This document shows positions 15,438-27,694 of a stretch of 64,000 nucleotides of DNA, in pieces. The notes under the pieces were generated by a model. It worked only from the letters and a program-made list of their open reading frames with translations. It made no database searches and was not told the origin of the DNA. The DNA is from the human T2T-CHM13v2.0 reference genome, Homo sapiens. Location: the NCBI RefSeq assembly GCF_009914755.1, contig NC_060926.1; one strand, written 5' to 3'. Positions within the stretch are counted from its first letter, which is position 1; each line of letters opens with the position of its first letter. A program made the translations under genes and the position numbers.

Positions 15438-16866
15438 TGCTAAGAGTCTCTCGCTCTTTCTCTTTAACTATAGAAATGTGAGCAGCTTTTATACTATCCA
15501 AGACCAACAGGAAGTTAAACAAATTAAATTGTATATACTGACCTAAATCTATCATCCAGCCTCTTATTCAAGATGACATTCAACATTTTAATAAATTCAT
15601 CTGAGTTAAAATTTCTTGAGTCAGCTACTTAGTCTGTAAAGAGCTATTTCGTGCCAAGTTCCATCTGTTGGTCTGGCTTGGGTACCTCCCAAATTTGTGA
15701 CAATATTTTTGGTACCCTTTTCTTGGCTTAATTTTTAAATGGTTGATCCTTCGGAGCTCAGATCCAATCAAAGGCCCAGGTAAAATAAATCTTTATAATA
15801 TTTTTGACCCAAAAATGTAGTGTTCCCCTCACCCCTTCTGGAATTAGTCCAGTATTCTTGAGATTTCTCTAACCCCTATTTCAGGGGCTTCCCCAAAAGG
15901 GCATTGTATCTCATTACCTTGGCAAGGAAGATAGCAGGATGATTCTCCTGTTTCTGAGTTGGTAGAATCCTCCTCCAAATATGAGAGACATTTAAGTCTA
16001 TGGTATGGTGAGACCTGCCCGGAGAAGTTAGAAATAAAATACCCTTTGTTTGGTTCCTTGAAGAAAAATCACAAGTTTCATAGAGCCTTGAAAAACCAAA
16101 AACGTCTTTAACCTCTTTCCTTGTTTCACTAATTGAACTCTGACAAAATTCAAATTCTAGCAATGCCTGGAGAAAAAAAAAAAACAGAAAAATGTATTTT
16201 TTAACAGTAAAACCATTTTTAAATGATTTAAATATTCTGAGGGAACATTAGGATCCAGAGAAAATGACATCAAATTTAGCACAGCTTTTTTTTTATTGTT
16301 ATGCTTTAATTTTGCTTATACTCAGGGTCTTAAAGTGTGTCTTTAAGAAGGAATTCTTTCTTATTTTCTTTCTGTCTACTAAAATGACACTTCAACCAAT
16401 AGTTTAATGCTCCTTTATGTTCAGACAGAAAGGGCTTATAAATTTTACTTTTTTTAGTGTCTTCTTTTTTTTTTGTTTTGATTTACTGCTTGGAACTGTT
16501 TTAATATGTATTGACTGTCTGCAGAGATCTTTGCTGACCCAGCTCTTTAAGATGATGCAGTACTGAAGAAGGCCGATGAGTTCTTCTTTATGAGCTCTGA
16601 CATATTAATTAGCAAAATGGACTAAAAAGCTTGGCTATTCCTGTTTTAATTTCTTATATTCTCAAACACCTGTCCATATAGCTGTAAAACAGGCAAGTGT
16701 GTGAAAGTAATGGTTGGCAGCAAGTCCAGACCTTTTCTGAGACAACTTTATCAATTAATGAGCAAGTACTCATTAACAATCTAGGGAGCTATTTCTATGT
16801 GAGGCCACTAAGTATGTTTGGTATCCTAACACAGTTTGATGAAAAAACTGAAGCTCAGGTAATTTA

Positions 16867-17272
<406 letters not shown>

Positions 17273-18479
17273 TTATATTTCACTAGCACATGCCTTATGA
17301 AAGACACAGCCCCTACATGACACACACACATATCAAGCTATCTGATACATCTTTACTTGCGTTGTGTAACCTCAGCCAGCTGAACTAGGAACACAATAGC
17401 TTTAATTTATCTACCAAACTACTGTAGTTCCTTGAGTATGAGAGGGACATCTAATCTGATCGTTCTTGCCTTTGTTTCCTTACATGTATGTGTGCATGTG
17501 TACATGTACAGGAGTGTGTGGGCCAAGTTGAGAGCTGTATGAGAGAGAAGATGTGCATGTGACGTGTATAAATTATACCAAAGGCACACGTGCAGGTGTT
17601 GTGTATCCTTATAACAAAGGCCAAGAGTTTAGTATGCAAGTTACTACTTCAGCAGGCCTTACATTTTGTTCTAAATGCAATGTGTATAAACCTCAAATCC
17701 AGAGTGTTCAAATGTGACCTAAGAAATTTCTAGATCCTTGCAAAAGAACAGAGCTTTTAAAACCATAGGGTGATTGGATAGTCACTTTAATTCAAGAGCA
17801 ATGAGTTATTAAATGACATTTCATAAATTGTGTTGAGTCTTATTATTCCATACTTTTATAGAATATTAAAATTTGAATGTGCATTTACACTTTGGAACAC
17901 CAGTTATGGCCATTTAAAAAATATTTGCATCTTCTAATTGGATTGCAAATTTTCATGAATTTTTATGGTTATTATTGATGAGGAGCTAAAATTTTCAAGT
18001 TAATGGTTAGTGTACTTGAACTCTTTTCTTTCCTCATCGACTCATTAAGATATGACAGCATGGTTCTCTATTTGGACAAACATCTTTATTGGATGCTTTC
18101 TAAGCTTTTGTCATTTGTTTTGTTGGATAAATATAGCATTAGACACAAGAAATATATACATTTCTCACATGCTGCAGCCTTGGTTTATATTTCCATGGGA
18201 TTCAGGAAGTTGTCATAAAGAAGTTAGCAATATGTCTAGCGTTCTTCCTATACAAAGTTGATTGTGAAGCAACTCTAGTATTTCCACATTTGCAAAAAAA
18301 ATTACTGAATAATGTGGTCTGTAAAATTCAATGAATTAAACTGAATTAGAAACAAATATATCAGTCTTTTCCATAAAATTCTTTACTCCTCAAATATGGA
18401 GCAGGTGTATGCATCTCTAAAATTCATGAGTAAATAAAGAGACAACATATGTTTCCAAATCAAGTTTCAAAATAAATTA

Positions 18480-19265
18480 TTTTAGTTCCACTCATGTTTA
18501 TTAAATGCCCACTCTACACAGATATTGTGTTAAGTGCTAGAGATACAAAGTAAAATAAGACAAGTTCTCAGCCTTATAAAATGTTTATAATATGGTAGAG
18601 GAGAAAAAATACAAATGCCTAATTCAGTATTTGTTTGACACCCTCATGCTAAAGAGTTCAATGCAAAAACCTCACAGAGGAAATATTGCTTAATTCCATT
18701 TGGAATTGGGGATGGCTGTCACGTTTCAGAAAGGATATGCTTCCATAGCAGGATCTGAAAGCAAAATAGAAACTGGCGATACAGAAAAGGTCAATGAGCC
18801 AACACATTTCAGGCTTCTGGAAAGTTCTGAGAACATGAAACATCATGGTATATTTAAGAAATTTTAAGCAGTTCAGTGTGGCAGCAGTACAAAGAGAAAG
18901 TGACAAGATACCAAGTTAAGCCAAGTAGGCAGAGATTAGACCATACAGACTCACACCAAATGAAAAAGTACCATTTTATCCTGTAGGCTCAGATAATCTA
19001 AACAGATTAAATAAGAGGTCACTTTTATATTCTAGTAATATCAATCTTTTGGTTGTAGGAACCTGAAGGGACCCCCCCCCCCACCAAAAAAAAAAAAAAA
19101 GGAGAGAGAGACTAATAGTCCATATAAGAGATGATGTTGGCCTAAGTGTCAGTGATTAGCAATGGAAGGGGAAAGAAAAGTAAGAAATATTTAGGCAAGA
19201 AAGCTTTGAGTATTTTTTTTAAGTTAAACTTAATGGGTAAGTAAAAAAGGGTATCCAACTTGATT
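18480..19265. mobile_element. L2 fragment(s)
   Basis: atgtttattaaatgcccactct…tgtgttaagtgctagagatacaaag…aagacaagttctcagcctt is typical of an L2 3' end. Confidence 0.65.
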
Positions 19266-19270
19266 TTCAT

Positions 19271-19430
19271 TGTACTTGTCAGCTATTGCTGCAACTATGC
19301 TGCATAATAAAACCAACAGTAAACATTTATTTCTTGATCACATATCTCCAGGTATACTGGAATTTGCTGGTATCTCCAGTGTTTGGGTTTAGCTCCAACT
19401 TACAGGTTAGGACCAGCTTTTCTGCAGGTG
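19271..19430 (-). mobile_element. MLT1-type LTR end fragment
   Basis: tgtacttgtcagctattgctgc…ataa…aaacatttatttct resembles an antisense MLT1 3' end. Confidence 0.45.
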
Positions 19431-19530
19431 TTGACCAGCAATTTCCTGCGGCATTTACTTCTTGATAACAAGAGTGAGAAGATAGAGACAGGGTAGATAG
19501 ACACTTAAGAGTAAAATGTATTAACACAAA

Positions 19531-19821
19531 GGCTCTGGCCGCCCCCCTACAAAGGAGGCCATGGAACCGATGGAACTGATGGAGGAAATGCTGGGACTGT
19601 GGGTCAGTGCTGACACACCCATGGCCATACGTTTGGTCTTCTTGGCCTTGGCTGGGCTGGTGGATGGGAAGCCAGTATGGATCACCTTGTGGATGGATGC
19701 AAAGAGACCAAACTTGGCGGGCACTGGAAGTACCTGGGGAAGCAGGAGAGACTCACACTGCTGTCATGGCCCCACAGCCTGGAGCCTCCCCTGCCTCCTC
19801 TGCCTCTTCAGAGCCCAGCAG
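19531..19821 (-). pseudogene. Unprocessed CLIP2 (CLIP-115) gene fragment: 3' end of an intron plus most of the exon encoding the end of CAP-Gly domain 2 and the Ser-rich linker
   Basis: Minus strand reads ctctcctgcttccccAG|G TAC TTC CAG TGC CCG CC- AAG TTT GGT…, giving YFQCP(fs)[60 protein letters not shown]. Recalled CLIP2 is [66 protein letters not shown]. There is a 1-bp frameshift, and the fragment is GC-rich in an AT-rich context. The intron-side boundary is approximate. Confidence 0.88.
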
Positions 19822-20886
19822 AAAGACAGAGAAAGAAGCCTCCTTGGGGTTCCATTACCCACACTCCAAGGTGGAAATCTTTCAGATGGTTAGATGATGA
19901 AGGTAGTAGAAGGCAAGGATGATTGGGAGTAGAAGGAAGAGTGACAGGCTAGCATGAGCTGTGCAGCAGCAAGATTCCATATGAGCAAAGTGCAGAAAGT
20001 GAGAAAAAAGGACCAAGTTGGATCTCCTCCTAACCCTGACCTGCATGATATGGGTGTGAGAAGCTTCAATTGAGAAAGCTGCTGAGAAAGTAGAATTCAT
20101 AGTGGAGAACTGCATTTCAATTAAGAAAACAAAAACAAAAACACCACAGAGGTGGTTTGAAAGAAGAGGTTGGGTTGAAAATGAACAGTATTTTGTCAAC
20201 CATGGAAGGATAGTTGGACTCAAGAAGGCAAGGTAGAAGAGTCTAGGATAGAGGGGAGAAGTAGGACAGCAAGTCACGTTGGAAGACACACAGAGTGGTA
20301 TCATTAGTTGTAGAGAAATTAAAAAAAAAAAAAAAAAAAAAAAAAGCTGAGATGCTCTGATTCTAGTGACCAAGGGAGATTATAAGCTACCTACTTGCAA
20401 GACCTTTCATTTTAAACATCTTTGGAAAATCTAGTCTGCCAGGATTCACCAAATGGCTGTCTAGCCATTCTAGCAATGTTTTAAATCTTAAGTTTTTTCA
20501 GCTAAATCGTAGCCGACACCTCATATTGGAAGTACACATTAAATACTCAACCTGGAAAATCTGAAGGTGAGCTCTTACATAATGGACCTCCCAGTCTATG
20601 TTGAATAATGTATGTCAAGCTGAAATTTTATTTCTAAAATCTGATAAAGTTATAATATTGCCAGCTAATGTTGAGAAATATTTTAGGATGTATTGGTTTT
20701 CCTAATATTGCTATTACTTCATGTAAGATGAAGGGTGTTTAGGTGTACGAGTTTCAAACATGAATACTGTTTATTGGAGGTAAGAGGAAGCCTTAAAAGA
20801 CATATATTTCAGGAATAGTATTGCCTCCTTACAAAGCACTCTTTTGTTCCTACATTGAGGCTCCAGTAATGTGATGAATTTCAGTA

Positions 20887-21195
20887 TTTTATTTTATTTT
20901 ATTTTTTTTTTTTGAGATGGAGTCTCGCTCTGTCGCCCAGACTGGAGTGCAGTGGCGCGATCTCGGCTCACTGCAGGCTCCGCCCCCCGGGGTTCACGCC
21001 ATTCTCCTGCCTCAGCCTCCCGAGTAGCTGGGACTACAGGCGCCCGCCACCTCGCCCGGCTAATTTTTTGTATTTTTAGTAGAGACGGGGTTTCACCATG
21101 TTGGTCAGGATGGTCTCGATCTCCTGACCTCGTGATCCGCCCGCCTCGGCCTCCCAAAGTGCTGGGATTACAGGTGTGAGCCACCGCGCCCGGCC
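20887..21195 (-). mobile_element. Young AluY (AluYe-like)
   Basis: Sense strand has GAACCCCGGGGGGCGGAGCCTGCAG and GGGCGAGGTGGCGGG, with CpGs retained; TSD gaa(t/g)ttcagtatt. Confidence 0.9.
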
Positions 21196-21528
21196 GAAGT
21201 TCAGTATTATTAACCAGTTATACGAATGCTTCCATCACCTTGTCATGACCTGCCCTTCCAGCCTTGCCTTTTGCCACCATCACCCTCCATCTACAGGTTC
21301 CCAACTCCCAGCTAGTCACAGTTACTCTCTGACCATATTTTGCCCTTTTATGCCTCGGAGCCCCAGCTGAACTCTTGAAGACGCACCTCCCAGGGAAACC
21401 TTCCCCTGCTTTCTCAGGCAGGCTCTCTCTTGGTGCCCAGGATTGTTTAACTTCAAGTGTCTCTAGGTTCTATTCTTTCACACTTTCTTGCCTCAACTCA
21501 CACTTCTGCTCCAGAGCCAGTCAGTTCC

Positions 21529-22390
21529 TGTAAGAGATAGGGAGAAAAACAGTTTTTTTCTATTCTCACACATACAACACAGAATACTAAGCACAGCACA
21601 GAATGCTTCAATTCTGGTCACCAAAATGTGTATGGTTTTTCCCCACACACACTGACCAGTTCTCCAGTGGACAGCAACTCGGTGTCCTATAATTCAATTC
21701 AATTCTGACACTATCTACCTGGCGATAGAGTCAGAATCCACAGATTAAGCTCTTAGTTCCACAAGCCTGTCCCATTCAGAAGCCAGTCCCACGTCCTAAG
21801 TTGTGACTTGGGCCTCTGACCAACGAGCTGTAATTCACAGTTCCCATGACTCTCCTCAGGTTCAATTAATATTCTAGAGTAGCTCACAGAACTCAGGCAA
21901 ATGACTTACTTAGGCTTACTCATTTATTATAAAGAACATTGCAAAGGATACACATGAAGGGCTGGATGGAAGAGATGAATAGAACAAGGTTGTGGGAAGG
22001 TTCTAGGAGCTTCCATGCACTCTCTCCAGGCATCTCCGTGTGTTCAGCAATCTAGGAGCTTTCCAAACCCTGTGCTCTTGGGCTATTATGGAGGCTTCCG
22101 TAAGTAGGTAGGATTGATTACATTATTGGCCATTGGTTAGCAACTGAACTTTCAGCTCTTTTTCTCTCTCTCCGGCTTAGAGGGTGGGACTGAAAATTCC
22201 AACCCTCTAGTCACTTGGTTGATTCCCTTGGCAGGCAGCCCCAAATCCTGAGGCTATTCAAGAGCTCTTGTTCATCAGTCATCTTATTAACGTTCAAAGA
22301 TACATCACTTTGGAGATTCCAAGGGTTTTAGGAGCTGAGTGTCAGGAAATGAGAGGAAAACCAAATATATATTTTATATTACATATCACA
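21529..22390 (-). mobile_element. MER21-family solo LTR (ERVL-type)
   Basis: TG…CA ends; ggtgtcctataattcaattcaattctgacactatctacctgg and ggagattccaagggttttaggagct…accaaatatatattt…tcaca are MER21 hallmarks. Confidence 0.8.
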
Positions 22391-24519
22391 GCCTCAAAGA
22401 TCCCTCTCAGGATTTTTTTTTAAAAAAATCTCCTTTGATCAATAGTCATGGCTCCCTTATATTATTAATATTCCCCAAATCCAGCTTTTTTTCATACAGG
22501 AAGGAAAACTCTTATCTATTGCATAGAGTGGGGCAACCAATGATAAACTCATTTAGTAAGCTAGTATTTATTGAACATGTACCGTATACCAGGCTCTTTG
22601 CCAACTGCTACAAATACAAAGTGGTATAGAATATGGATTCTGCCCCTAAGGTTCTCACAGTTTAGTAGCAACAATAGGAATGCAAACAGTGACAATACCA
22701 TGTGCTTATGTATAAATGCAAATGCACAGAAAAAGTAACAGTGGTTATCTTTATTGAAGAGGAAGATTATGGTTGGGGGTCAAAGGGACCTTCTGCTTTA
22801 TCTGTAGTATTTGAGTTTTACATTCAGACTATATTTAATGTACTATTTAGGTAACAAATAATTTATGGATTAAAAAATAACATTTTTAAACTTAAACCAT
22901 CACATACAAAACCTAGTAATAGAAATATTGTACAAATGGAAAGATCTAGCATGGGGACTGGCAAAGATTATGGGCAGAAGAACCACAGGAAAAGGGAGCT
23001 TCTAGTTTCTGGGAAGGAGATGAAAGGCTGAATCCCGGAGTCATACTGGAAACCTATTTGGGAACCTATTTGCAGCACAGAAGTATTTTGGAAGAAAAGA
23101 GAATAGAGAAAGGCTTAACCATGAGACCTGTCATTTATGGGTTGCTGGAAAAGAAAAAAGCCATAAGGAAAATCATAATTAGGGAATATTAAACCCCCTT
23201 GTCAATTTTTGGTATCCTAGAGGGCAAAAACTTAGTCCTAGTAATTTATTTAATAAGGTACCCATGCAATGCCATGTACAAAAAGTCCTTTTTTAGAGGC
23301 CCATGATGCCCAACTGTATCCAATAAAAACAGACTTATAATTAGGGGGTTAATGAAGAATGTGTGAAATGAAAGAGAAAACTTAAAGGAACCTAGATTAC
23401 TTCTCCTTGCTAAAATAAGCAATGCAGAATCATTCCCACTCTACTGATAATTAGAAACCGCATACCCCTACGAAACAGCTTACAAATTTCACCCCATCAA
23501 AAGAGAACAAAGCCATTCAAAGTTACCTTTTGAATGAAAACACTTTTATTAGCCAATCAGTTTTTTTTTTAAACCAAGCAAACCAAACCACAACTGCAAA
23601 AGAAAAAAAAAAAGACAGTTTGGTTTTAGTTTTGTAAAATATCATGGCATGCCCTCAGTGAGCTGTGAGAGATATTTAGAAATACTGGCATCAAACTGGT
23701 GACAGAGACATTTTACTGCTGCACTAACAGGCCTCACAGAAATACTACTGTAGGTTGATTTAGTAGTCTGGTGGCCCATACCCTATTTTAAATGGTTTAT
23801 ATGGGCAAACATTCTTTATTTTGAAAAATTATATATTTAAATTAATGTACATTAGTAAAAGACTGATTTTTCACTTACAGCGCTGCTACATGTTTTTCGC
23901 AAATAAAATTTTTGTTCAAAAACTGAGTTATTTTTAAGGAAATAAGAATATAAAATGCTATATGAAAATGGCAGAATATTATAAAATGGTAACACTAATT
24001 GTTGAGGTTTGAAAAGCACTGATTAATTCTGTAAGCTTCTATCAGCATTTCCATAGTTTCTGTCATGCTTCTTTACAAAGTTCAGGGAATCTTAGTTTGA
24101 GCAAAGAGTCTCTACCCAGACCTTCAGGATACATTAACAATGACCTACACCCTGGGTGCCTTTTCCTGTCCGTAGTCAAATGCCTTCATTTCTGGTTGAA
24201 CACTGGCTTCTTCAGTGCAAGAAATGTGCAAAGCTTCACCTTTTACTTACTATAAACTTCTCTCAATAAACTCTAACTTGAGTTATATTTTCAAATATAG
24301 TCCCCCAGCAGGCCATTTCATTGGAGAGAGAAACATAACAGATGCAATGGTACACTTCCATGTGGGCCTGGAAAGCCTTACCAGATGCAGTCAGCTTTGA
24401 CTTTTTCCTCTCTTAAGCCCTGACATTTACCAGCAGGAAATCAGGTTGATCCCACAAGAATACATCCCAAAGCCTCACTTTCCACCCTTTCCCGAGCCAC
24501 CGTCACCTGGAGAGCTTCA

Positions 24520-24895
24520 GTGAGGAAAACTCTCCTCAGGCCTTTGCACATGCATTCGATTAGCCCAGAGTGATCTTCCACTCTATACGGCTGATTCACT
24601 CTGATTCAATTCTCAGGTCAAATGTTCTTTCTTCAAAGACAATTTCTGTGACCACCCTATCTAAAATAGTCACCCAACAAGAAGCCAGTTTCTCTCACCT
24701 TACTGTTTACCTCCTTATAGAGCTAATCACAGTCTGTAGTAAATGTGTGTGCATTTATTGATGTATGTAACCTACTGTCTGTTTCCCCTACCTCCAGAAG
24801 TGAGCTTCATGAAGGCAGAGACTTTGTATCCCCAGTTCCAAAAGCAGTGTGTGGCACACGGCAGGCATCCTTTACGTAGTACTTGCTAAATCTTT
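24520..24895 (+). mobile_element. L2 3' fragment
   Basis: ggcctttgcacatgc…tctgtgaccaccctatctaaaatag…gcttcatgaaggcagagactttgt…tggcacacggcaggc. Confidence 0.7.
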
Positions 24896-24899
24896 TTTC

Positions 24900-27456
24900 T
24901 TGATACGTCTTTTTGCATATTTTTGCTCTCAAACTTTGTGTCCTTAAGCTTTATGTGTATGTCTTGTCCTAATAAATAGCTGGATTTTGTTTTGATGTTC
25001 AATGTGACAACCTGAATTGTAACTGGGGTTTAACACATTTACATTTATTGCAATTACTAGCATATTTAGATTTATGTTTTATTTTCAGTTTTAAATTTGG
25101 ACTACTTTTTAATGACCTTTTTTCCCTCTCTTGTCATTTTAGGCTGAATTGCTTTTTAATCCCATTTTTTTCTGATAGTGATTTGAAAATTATACACTGC
25201 ATTTTTGGCATGCATACCTAACAAAATCTAAAATTAGTCTGTATCTAATCCTTCTCCCAAACAATACAAGGAACTGAGAACCCTTTAGCTTTCCTTACCT
25301 GCTTCCAATTTTTATATGATTTCCATTTTGTTTTCTTTCTTATTTTTTGGTCCCGCAAATTATATATTAATTTCAGTGTTTTATGCATTCAATATTTGTT
25401 CAGACTTCTCCAAGTATTTACCAATTTCTTAACTCACCATTTTTCTTTGAATCTCTGACCTTCCCTCTTGGGTCTTTTTCCTTCTTCTGAAGTATGCCTT
25501 CCAGACATTCTTTAATGCTAGTCTAATGATGACACTGTTTTGTTTATTAGAACATGTATTTTCCTTGGCAACTAGTTTTTGTTGGGTATATAAAGTTAGA
25601 CTTATAGCACATTGGAGATCTTCTTCTATTGTCTTATGGCTTCTGCTCTGAAAAGTCAGCCATCAGTCTAATTGGCTTCTCTTTACCTTTGATAAGTCTT
25701 TTATCTCTGGTTACTCTTAAATTCTCTTTGTCCTTGACGTTCACTTTCACTACAGTCTAGGTTTTGGTGTAGATTTCTTTATATTATCCTTCTTGGTATG
25801 TGGTATGACTCCCATGGCTTTATATCAATGTTTTTTATCACTTCTGGGATATTATGGCTGTTACTATGCCTCTTGCTCATTCTGTCTCCTCTTTGTGGAA
25901 TTCTTACTATTTAGTAAAATGATTTTTAGGCCATACTCTCTCAACTGTATGTGTTAAATCCTTTTTGATATTTTTCTGTCTTCTTGACTCTGCACTCCAT
26001 TCTGAGTACAAGTCGAGTATCTCTTATCTAAAATGCTGGAGACCAGAAATGCTTCGGATTTCAAATTTTTCTGGATTTTGGAATATTTGCATATACATAA
26101 TGAGATATTTTGGGGATGGGACCCAAGTCTAGACATAAAATTCATTTACATTTCATATACATGTTGTACACATAGGCTGAAGATAATTTTATATAATATT
26201 TTTACTAATTTGTGCATAAAACAAAGTTTGTGTACATTGAACCACTAGAAAGCAAAGGTGTCACTATCTCAGCCACCCATGTGGTCAGTCTGTGGTTGTT
26301 TGGCACCACCATCATTCCCAACTCTGAATTTATATGCTACCATTAGGTAGTCATTTTTTATACTTACACACATGAGTAGTTAATGACAAAAAATAGGAAT
26401 ACCATTAATACAGTAAAAAATAATGTGTTCAGGTAAAAAAGCAGCACAGTGGCATCACCAGAATACCTATGTCAGCTGCTCAGCAACAGCAACAACAAAC
26501 AGTGGCATATGAGGTCCTATGTGGAACTTTCCACTTATAGCATCATGTCAGTGCTCAAAAAGTTCTGGATTTAGGAGTATTTCAGATTTTGGATTGTTGG
26601 AATAGGGATGTACAACCTGGACTAATTTCTCCAGACCTATCTTCTAGCTCCAGTTTAGTGTCTAAATCTCACATCTCTGCTGACTCTCATTCATGGTGAC
26701 TTTTTCTTTATAAGTTTGGTAATTTCCATTTGGGAGGTCATATTTGGTTGGCTTTAATGTATGAGAATCTTGGGGAGCCTGATTTGCATGTGCTTTTCTT
26801 CAGAGAGGATTTAGATTTGTTTCTTCTGGAGTACTGGCAGGACACTGCTAACCTGGGATCACTTTCATATAATTTCTTGGCTGACAGTTTAATTGATTGG
26901 GAGAAAATAAACTTGATTTAATACCTCTAAGAGGTCAGTATTATGGTTGCAAGTTCTCAAAGGAATATGGTGATTTTTTTTAATTGTTGTTTTTCCTATC
27001 TAGAGCCAGAGATGAGACAGATTTTCTTAGACTGGCTTTGCTTAAGGAAATGTATCAGGGGGATGAGGCTTTTCAGCCCAGTCTTCTACTAAAGTTGTAG
27101 GCCCCTTGAGGGTCACTGCTTTAACTCTCCTGCTTTTGACTTTGACTCCCAGATCCTCCAAGATACCACCATTGTGTCCCCTCCCAAGCTCCAGGTTCCT
27201 AGATTCAGCATTTACCTAAAAGGCAATCTCAAATTGCAAGTTTGCTTGCCTACCATCACTCACTGTTGGTTTTTTCACTTGTTTTTTTGTTTGTTGAAGG
27301 GCTTTCCTTTAGGATTTCCTTTAATTTCCTATGAACAAATCAACCCATTTAAATGTGCATTTTTAATCTATCCAAGATCTATTTGTGGCATGTGAGGTCA
27401 TGTGCAGAGTTTTATTCATATTTTGAGAATTGATATATTATTGGAAGCAGAAGTCT
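24900..27456 (-). mobile_element. Old L1/HAL1-type fragment interrupted by Tigger4
   Basis: T-rich antisense L1 motifs (ttaacacatttacatttattgcaattact; tgaaaagtcagccatcagtctaatt). Confidence 0.65.
26009..26620. mobile_element. Tigger4 (Zombi)/MER46-type DNA transposon
   Basis: TA caagtcgagtatctcttatctaaaatgctggagaccagaaatgcttcggattt…ggatgtacaacctg; diverged TIRs. Confidence 0.8.
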
Positions 27457-27694
27457 AGAGTCTAATAATTGTTTGTTAAATGAATGAATGAATGAATGAA
27501 TATTCTTTGTAAAAGACTGAATTCAAATAAACCATTGGGTTTAATGCAGATTTAACTCTCCTACATTTCACTTTGACTCCCACATCCTCCAAGATACCAC
27601 CATTGTGTCTTTGCAGAATGAGTGAATGAATGAATGAATGATTATTCTTTATAAAGGACTGAAGTCAAATAAACCATTGTGTTTAATGCAGATT
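27120..27694 (+). repeat. Local A…B-A'-B' duplication
   Basis: A 27120-27178 matches A' 27551-27609 (55/59 by hand); B ~27479-27552 matches B' ~27617-27694. Confidence 0.9.

Noticed and set aside
19531-20345. CLIP2 fragment plus downstream A25 as a 5'-inverted (twin-primed) retrocopy
   Set aside because: I found no convincing TSD matching the sequence after the A-tract, and the intervening DNA is not recognisably CLIP2. Not excluded without alignment.
19882-20373. 163-aa minus-strand ORF
   Set aside because: Runs through a poly-T tract with an alternative start and no recognisable homology.
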